A stretch of 64,000 nt of DNA from the NCBI GenBank assembly GCA_963789955.1, contig CAWBMV010000001.1:128001-192000 (forward strand). Direction: 5' to 3'. The notes beneath the pieces were generated by a model. That model did no database searches and was not told the origin of the DNA. It worked only from the letters and a program-made list of their open reading frames with translations. Below, in pieces: positions 57,467 to 64,000 of this stretch; the stretch's first letter is position 1; every line of letters starts with the position of its first letter. The DNA is from an uncultured Candidatus Rokubacteria bacterium (GTDB lineage: Bacteria; Methylomirabilota; Methylomirabilia; Rokubacteriales; CSP1-6). A program made the position numbers and the translations under genes.

Positions 57467-58333
57467 CTACTTCTTCGCGGCTGCTCTTTTGGGGGGTGCG
57501 GGGGCGGCGGCTTCTTCGGTCCGCTTGGCCTTCGCCAGGGGCCTCTTCTCCCCCGAGGCGACCCGCTTGGCCAGGCTTTCCTTGAGCGCCTCCATCAGGT
57601 CGATCACCTGGGCGCGCGGGGCCTCAGGCGCGGCAACGGTCACTTCCTTGCCCTCGACCTTCTGGTTGACCAGGTCGAGCACCCGGTGGCGATACTCGTC
57701 CTCGTATTGCTCCGGGTGGAACTCGTCGTTCGACAGCCCGTCGATGAGCTGGCCGGCCAGGTCGAGCTCGCCCGGCCTGATCTTCGCGGATTGCCCGCGG
57801 TCGATCTCGCCGAAATCACGCACCTCGTCGGCGAAGTACATCGTGTGGAGCATGAGACCGCCCTGCGCCGGGCGGATGAGCACGAGGCTCTCCTTGCCGC
57901 GCATGACGAACTTCGCCAGCGCGACCCGCTTTTGCTTCGTCATCGCATCGGCGAGGAGCCGGTACGCCTTGTCGCCGCCTTTGTCCGGCCCGAGGAAGTA
58001 GGTTTTCTCGAAGTAGATCGGATCGACGGACTCCAGCGGCACGAATTCCGCGATGTCGATCATCTTCGAGGCCTCGCCCTCGAGCCCCTTCAGCTCGTCG
58101 TCGGCCACCCGCACGTACTGATCCTTGGAGAATTCGTAGCCGCGAACGAGCGACGCGCGATCGACGACCTCGTTGCACACCGGGCAGAACGTCTGCTGCT
58201 TGATCCGCGAGCCGCACTTCGCGTGCAGCATGTTGAACGCGACGTTCGCCGACGAGGCCGCGGTGTACAGCCGGATCGGGATCGACACGAGCCCGAACGA
58301 GATCGTTCCCGAGCCGATCGAATGCGGCGCCAT
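57467..58333 (-). CDS. ku: NHEJ DNA end-binding protein Ku
   Basis: GTISFGLVSIPIRLY, VRGYE, IDIAEFV..DPIYFEKTYFL, VIDLMEALKESL, basic tail. Confidence 0.95.
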   Translation of the reverse strand: MAPHSIGSGTISFGLVSIPIRLYTAASSANVAFNMLHAKCGSRIKQQTFCPVCNEVVDRASLVRGYEFSKDQYVRVADDELKGLEGEASKMIDIAEFVPLESVDPIYFEKTYFLGPDKGGDKAYRLLADAMTKQKRVALAKFVMRGKESLVLIRPAQGGLMLHTMYFADEVRDFGEIDRGQSAKIRPGELDLAGQLIDGLSNDEFHPEQYEDEYRHRVLDLVNQKVEGKEVTVAAPEAPRAQVIDLMEALKESLAKRVASGEKRPLAKAKRTEEAAAPAPPKRAAAKK

Positions 58334-58387
58334 GGTTTGCACCATAGCACGGCGATCCCTATGATGCGCGAAGGGCAGATCACACCC

Positions 58388-59848
58388 ATGGATAGCGTTC
58401 CGTCCACCGTCGAGCGGCAAGATGTCGGGGCTCCCGAGCCCGGACGGCGGCTGCTGGTGGGACTGGTCACGATTCTCGCGGCGCTCATTCTCCTCACCTT
58501 CATCGGCGTGATGGTGGGGATCCAGTTCGCCGGATCGCGCGTGGACGGGGAGTCCCAGCCCGAACGCGCGCTCGCGCTGATCGTCGGCCGCACGATGGAC
58601 ATCGACGAAGCGGTCGGTCGCGCGCCGTCGTGGGAGCAGCGCGTGTATCACGTGCTGTCGACCGACCCGGCCGAGGACCTCGAGGAGGGCATTCGCTGGT
58701 ACGAGGAACTCTCGGCCGCGTCATTCGATCCCACCGTCGATCTGCACCTGGCGATCCTCGAGGGCGAATCGGGGCGAATGGACAGCGTGCAGCGACGGAC
58801 GGAAGAATGGAAGCGCCGCCCCGACCCGCTCCCGGCGTTCGCGGTTCTGGTCGGTGCCGCGTATCTCGGCGACGAGCACGCGGACGAAGCGGTGCCGAAC
58901 ATCCCCGGGGCGCTCGCCGACGTGCTCGAGCCCGGATGGTTCAGGGACCGGATGGCGACCCGCCTGGCGGTGCGCGTCGGCGACCGGGATCTCCTGGCCG
59001 CGACGACCGCGGCCCAGGAGGCGCGTTCCACTCGCCTGCTCGCCCGCACGCGCGCGACCCTGGCCATCGAGGTCGTGCTCATCGTGGTCGCGCTGGTGCT
59101 GCTGGTTCGGGTCGCCGTGCGACGCCGCGCGTTCGATCGGATCAGTGTCGGCGTGCTGCCGCCGGCGTGGCGCGGGCGCGACGGAATCCGCGTGCTCATC
59201 TGGGGCGGGGCAATCGGCGCCCTGCTCCTCTTCGGGTCGTCCTTCGTGCCCGAACGCCCGTATTTCCGCGTGCTGCTCGGCGCGACGACGAACCTGTCCT
59301 TCGTACCGCTCATCTTCCTCGCCTGGCTTTTCTTGATCCGACCGTCAGGTCAAACCGTACGTGAGGGCTTCGGGCTCGTGCCGACGTCGCACGGAGCGCG
59401 CCGGCTCGTGCTCGTCATCCTCACCTTGCTGGCGCTCGGCCAGCTAGGGGAAGGCGCGGTGGATCTGGCCGGGCGCTGGTTCGGGCTCTCCGCGCACTGG
59501 ACGGAGTGGTTCGATCGCGATCTGGTGTGGGGATCGCGGGCCGTGGTCGGCATGACGATCTTCGACACGGTCATTCTCACGCCGATCTGCGAGGAGATCG
59601 TCTTCCGGGGACTTCTGTTCGCGACCTTGCGCCGGCGATTCGGCCTGGCTCCGGCCGCGGTGGTCAGCGCCGCCGTCTTCGCGGTCGCGCACGGCTACGG
59701 CACCCTCGGCTTCGCGGCCGTCTTCTGGAGCGGGCTCCTGTGGGCGTGGTCGTACGAGCGCACCGGGAGCTTGCTGCCGTCGATGGTGGCGCACGCGGCC
59801 GACAACCTCATGGCCTCGCTCTCCGTCATGCTGGTCCTGCGTGGCTAG
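58388..59848 (+). CDS. CPBP (CAAX/Abi) intramembrane metalloprotease with N-terminal extracytoplasmic domain
   Basis: PICEEIVFRG, FAVAH, HAADN motifs; start 58361 or 58388. Confidence 0.88.
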   Translation: MDSVPSTVERQDVGAPEPGRRLLVGLVTILAALILLTFIGVMVGIQFAGSRVDGESQPERALALIVGRTMDIDEAVGRAPSWEQRVYHVLSTDPAEDLEEGIRWYEELSAASFDPTVDLHLAILEGESGRMDSVQRRTEEWKRRPDPLPAFAVLVGAAYLGDEHADEAVPNIPGALADVLEPGWFRDRMATRLAVRVGDRDLLAATTAAQEARSTRLLARTRATLAIEVVLIVVALVLLVRVAVRRRAFDRISVGVLPPAWRGRDGIRVLIWGGAIGALLLFGSSFVPERPYFRVLLGATTNLSFVPLIFLAWLFLIRPSGQTVREGFGLVPTSHGARRLVLVILTLLALGQLGEGAVDLAGRWFGLSAHWTEWFDRDLVWGSRAVVGMTIFDTVILTPICEEIVFRGLLFATLRRRFGLAPAAVVSAAVFAVAHGYGTLGFAAVFWSGLLWAWSYERTGSLLPSMVAHAADNLMASLSVMLVLRG

Positions 59849-62580
59849 CCGCGACCTGCAGGAGTATCGGCGCAAGCGCGATCCAGCCGCGACCCCCGAG
59901 CCCTTCGGCGGACCCGGCCCGCCCGGCGGGAGCCGGTTCGTCGTCCACAAGCACTCGGCGCGGAGGCTCCACTACGATCTGCGGCTCGAGATCGACGGCG
60001 TGCTGAAGAGCTGGGCCGTGCCCAAGGGCCCGTCGGTGCGTTCCCACGAGAAGCGTCTCGCCGTGCACGTCGAAGACCATCCCATCGAGTACGCCGACTT
60101 CGAGGGGCTCATTCCCGAGGGGAACTATGGCGCCGGACCGTCGATCGTGTGGGACGCCGGCCGCTTCCAGCTCCTGAAGCCCGAGCCGGCGCGCGAGCAG
60201 ATCGAGCGGGGCAAGCTCGAGTTCGAGCTGTTCGGCTTCAAGCTGCGCGGACGATGGACGCTCGCGCGCATGAGCGGCAAGGGCCGCGACTGGCTCCTCC
60301 TGAAGAAGTCCGACGAGTACGTCGGCGAGACGGAGCCGACCGAGCGCTATCCCGAGTCGGTCCTGTCGGGGCTCACGATCGAGGAGCTGCGCGACGGCAC
60401 CGGCCGGGTCGACGCGCTGCGGCGGCGTCTGGCCGAGCTCGAGGCTCCGCGCGGGGACATCGCGCCGAGCGGCGATCTGCTGATGCTCGCGACGATTGTC
60501 GAGGAGACGCCGTCGGATCCGGTGTGGCTCTTCGAGATCAAGTACGACGGCGTGCGGGTTCTCGCGTCGCGCGCCGGCGACGACATCGAGCTCCGCGGGC
60601 GGAGTGGCCAGCTCGTCACCATGCGCTACCCGGAGGTGACGGCCGCGCTGCGCGCGCTGCCGCTCAAGAGCTTCGTGCTCGACGGTGAGATCGTGGCGCT
60701 CGACGACCGCGGGCGCTCGCGCTTCCAGCGACTCCAGGAGCGCATGGGCCTCACGCGGCCCGCTGACGTCGAGCGCGGGCGCGGCGAGGTGCCGGTCAGC
60801 GCCGTCCTCTTCGACGCGCTCGGGCTCGACGGCCGCGATCTGCGGCGCCTTCCCCTCGAAGCGCGCAAGGAATGCCTGAGGCTCCTGCTGCCGCCGCGCG
60901 GCGTCGTCTACTTCGGCGATCACGTGCTCGAGCACGGCGCGGATTTTCTCGCGGCGGCGTGCGAGCAGGGGCTGGAAGGCGTCGTGGCCAAGAAGCGCGA
61001 GAGCCCGTACGCCGCGCAGCGGTCTCGAACTGGCTGAAGATCAAGTGTCAGCTGCGGCAGGAGTTCGTGATCGGCGGCTACACGGCGCCGCAGGGCACCC
61101 GGGCGCACTTTGGCGCGCTGCACCTGGGTCTCTACGACCGGGGCGAGCTCGTCTATGTCTCCAAGGTCGGCACGGGGTTCGACGTGCGCACGCTCAAGGA
61201 TCTCAGCGGGAAGCTGCGGCAGCTCGACCGATCGGCGTCGCCCTTCGTGCGCGGCACGCCCGTCGGGCGTGGCCATCACTGGGTCGAGCCGCGGCTCGTC
61301 GCAGAGGTTCGCTTTTCCGAGTTCACGCGCGACGGCGGGATTCGGCATCCGTCCTTCCTCGGGTTGCGGGATGACAAGCGTCCCGAGGATTGCTTGCGCG
61401 AGACGCCGGTGGTGGCGCGTGGCGAGGAGGCCGGGGTGGGGGGCAGGGGTCGGGCTGAGTCGGACCCGCTCGTCCCGCCCGCGGCGCGTCGCGCCGCGGA
61501 GAGCGGGCGAGGGGGTCCACGCCGCCCGACCCCTGCCCCCCACCCCGGCCTCCTCGCCACGCGGTGACATCGGCGGTCGCAGGGCAACATCTCGACGGTC
61601 TTCATCACATGCCGTGGAGGCTGCGGGTGCGGATCAGCGGCGCGCGGGCGTCGGGGATCAGCCGAGGACGGGCTCGGTGGATCAGACGCGGGTGACCATC
61701 ACGAATCCCGCGAAGCTATTTTGGCCGGAGGAGGGGTATACGAAGGCGGAGCTGGTCGAGTACTACGAGGTGGTGGCGCCGTGGTTGTTGCCGTATTTGA
61801 AGGAGAGGCCGCTGGTGCTCACGCGGTATCCCGACGGGATCAACGGGAAGTCGTTCTTTCAGAAGGATGCGCCGGAGTGGACGCCGGCCTGGATCCGGAC
61901 CGAGCGGATCCATGCCAGCGACGTGGACCGCGAGATCGATTACTTCATCGTCGACGATCGCGAGAGCCTGCGCTACGTCGTGAACCTCGGGACGATTCCG
62001 CTGCACCTCTGGAGCTCGCGGCTCTCGTCGCTCGACCATCCGGATTGGCTCGTGCTCGATCTCGATCCCAAGGGCGCGCCGTTCACGGATGTGGTCAAGG
62101 TCGCGCGCGCGCTCCACGCGATCCTGGACGACCTGGCGCTGCCGAGCTACGTGAAGACATCCGGAGCGACCGGGCTGCACATCGTGCTGCCGCTTGGCGC
62201 CGGCTACGACTACGAGGTCACGCGCACGTTCGCGCGGCTCCTGGCGGTGATGGGCGTCGAGGCGGAGCCCGAGATCTCGACGATCGCGCGGCCCCTGCGC
62301 GCGCGCGGCGGCAAGGTCTACATCGACTTCGGCCAGAACGGCCGGGGACAGACGGTCGTCGCGCCGTTCTCGGCACGCCCGCTGCCGGGCGCGACGGTCT
62401 CGTGTCCGCTGCGCTGGGAGGAAGTCACCGGCCCAGCTCGATCCGGCGCGCTTCACGATCAAGACGGCCCCGGCGCGCTTCGAGAAGCTCGGCGACCCGC
62501 TGGCGCCGGTGCTGAAGGGGCGCATCGACGTCGCGGCGGCCCTGCGCAAGCTCGCGCACCGCGCACCGGCGCGTCGCTGA
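59841..62580 (+). CDS. ligD: NHEJ DNA ligase D (phosphoesterase - ligase - polymerase), frame breaks near 61020, 61416-61565 and 62430
   Basis: HSARRLHYDLRLE; EIKYDG..DGEIV..EGVVAK..WLKIK; RYPDG..FFQK..DLDP..KTSG..GLH..YID. Confidence 0.92.
61416..61563. repeat. Palindromic element with perfect 40-bp inverted arms inside the LigD ligase-polymerase linker
   Basis: 61416-61455 CGCGTGGCGAGGAGGCCGGGGTGGGGGGCAGGGGTCGGGC is the exact reverse complement of 61524-61563. Confidence 0.85.
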
Positions 62581-62599
62581 ATCTCGTCGTCGCGACCTC

Positions 62600-63772
62600 T
62601 CAGCCGCGCCGCTCGCCGAGACTCGCGGTCAAGATCGCCAGCATCTCGTCGATCTCGTCGCGGGTCACCGTCAGCGCCGGCATGAAGCGGAGCGTGTCCG
62701 GGCGCGGCGCATTGACGAGCAGGCCGTAGTCGAGTGCGGCGGCCGCGACCTTCTTCGCGTCCTGGCCCTTCAGCTCGAGGGCCTGGAGCAGCCCTCGGCC
62801 CCGGACTTCGCCGTGCCCCAGCTCGCCGGCCAGCGCGCGCAGGCGCGCCATCAGGTACGAGCCGTTCGAGGCCACCGACTCGAGGAATTCCGGCTGCGCG
62901 ACCGTCTCGACAACGGCGCAGCCGACGGCGGCCATCAGCGGGTTGCCGTTGAACGTGCCGCCTTGATCGCCGTACTCGAAGCAGCTGACCGGACCGGAGG
63001 CGATGAGCGCGGCGAGCGGGACGCCGCCGCCGATGCCCTTGCCGACCGTGACGATGTCCGGGCTGAGCCCGGCATGCTGGTAGCCGAAGAAGCGGCCGGT
63101 CCGTCCCACTCCGGTCTGGATCTCGTCGAGGATCAGCAGCAGGCCGTGCTCCTTCGTCAGGGCCGAGAGCGCGCGGAGATAGTCGTCGCCCGCCGGAAAC
63201 ACACCGGCCTCACCCTGGATCGGCTCCAGCATCACCGCGACCGTGCGCGGCGTGATGGCGGCGGCAACGGCGCCGAGGTCGCCCAGCGGGACCTTCCGAA
63301 AGCCGTGGACCTTTGGCGGGAAGATGTCGTCCCAGCCCGGCTTGCCCGAGGCGGCCATCGTCGCGAGCGTGCGTCCGTGAAAGCTGCCGACCATCGTGAT
63401 GATCTCGTAGGCGCCGTCACGATGGCGGCCGCCCCACTTCCGCGCGAGCTTGATCGCGCCCTCGTTCGCCTCGGCGCCGCTGTTGCAGAGAAAGACCTGA
63501 TCGAGGCCCGACGCGCCGGCGAGGCGGCTGGCCAGCTTGGCCATCGGCTCGTTGTAGTACGCGGGGCTGCAGTTGATCAGCCGGGATCCTTGCGCGCTCA
63601 GCGCGTCGAGCACCGCACGCGGCGAGTGACCGAGGCTGTTCACCGCCCAGCCCTGGACGAAGTCGAGATAGCGCTTGCCGTCGCGATCCCAGAGCCACGA
63701 GCCCTCGCCCTTGACCATCACGGGTGACGGCCGCTCGGTGATCTTCATGATGTGATCGAGCTCTCGCTTCAT
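62600..63772 (-). CDS. argD: Acetylornithine aminotransferase
   Basis: [46 protein letters not shown]. Confidence 0.92.
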   Translation of the reverse strand: MKRELDHIMKITERPSPVMVKGEGSWLWDRDGKRYLDFVQGWAVNSLGHSPRAVLDALSAQGSRLINCSPAYYNEPMAKLASRLAGASGLDQVFLCNSGAEANEGAIKLARKWGGRHRDGAYEIITMVGSFHGRTLATMAASGKPGWDDIFPPKVHGFRKVPLGDLGAVAAAITPRTVAVMLEPIQGEAGVFPAGDDYLRALSALTKEHGLLLILDEIQTGVGRTGRFFGYQHAGLSPDIVTVGKGIGGGVPLAALIASGPVSCFEYGDQGGTFNGNPLMAAVGCAVVETVAQPEFLESVASNGSYLMARLRALAGELGHGEVRGRGLLQALELKGQDAKKVAAAALDYGLLVNAPRPDTLRFMPALTVTRDEIDEMLAILTASLGERRG

Positions 63773-63809
63773 GACTCGGTCCTCCTGTGATCCGGGTGAA
63801 GGGGTTCGG

Positions 63810-64000
63810 TCAATCGAGACGTCGCTGCACGATCGCGACGTCGTGCCAGCGTCCGAGCTTGAACGCGGACTCGCGCTCGACGCCGACCGGCCGGAAGCCG
63901 TGACGCGCGTGCAGGCGAAGCGACGCGGCGTTCTTCGCGGTGATCCGGGCCACGATCGAGTGGTGCTCGAGCATCCGGGCGCGCCGGATCAGCTCGGTGA
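63810..64000 (-). CDS. GNAT N-acetyltransferase (PAT/YncA-like), 3' part only
   Basis: [36 protein letters not shown]. Confidence 0.8.
   Translation of the reverse strand, partial: TELIRRARMLEHHSIVARITAKNAASLRLHARHGFRPVGVERESAFKLGRWHDVAIVQRRLD

Noticed and set aside
1..64000. CRISPR array, tRNA/rRNA, integrase or transposase
   Set aside because: No regularly spaced repeats, cloverleaf/rRNA signatures or recombinase motifs were seen by eye; a covariance-model scan was not possible.

Overview
A GC-rich (about 70% by eye) bacterial chromosomal window of about 65 mostly metabolic genes. Gene content and style suggest a soil diderm such as Ca. Rokubacteria/Methylomirabilota (inference only). About 14 genes carry single-base frameshifts, most likely long-read assembly indels. 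No rRNA, tRNA, CRISPR array or transposase was seen. Recognisable blocks: Fpg/Fic/HAO, pepP, a complete sortase cassette, a sulfite reductase-siroheme operon, murA-mtoX-sco-sseA, a pyruvate/2-oxoacid dehydrogenase operon, Ku/LigD NHEJ and argD. Best leads: (1) a small C4 zinc-ribbon gene followed by a terminator-like hairpin with tandem GAG-NN-CC motifs directly in front of the sulfite reductase RBS, a possible Mu Com-like protein/RNA switch for sulfur assimilation; (2) a dedicated sortase system with a non-canonical LGQGAT sorting signal, driven by a sigma54 promoter and a membrane-bound CHASE2-AAA+ activator plus a TPR/Sel1 lipoprotein; (3) a methanethiol oxidase lacking one proposed TTQ tryptophan, with no mauG in its operon; (4) a family of G-rich 37-40 bp palindromic elements, two of them inside inter-domain linkers of E2 and LigD.
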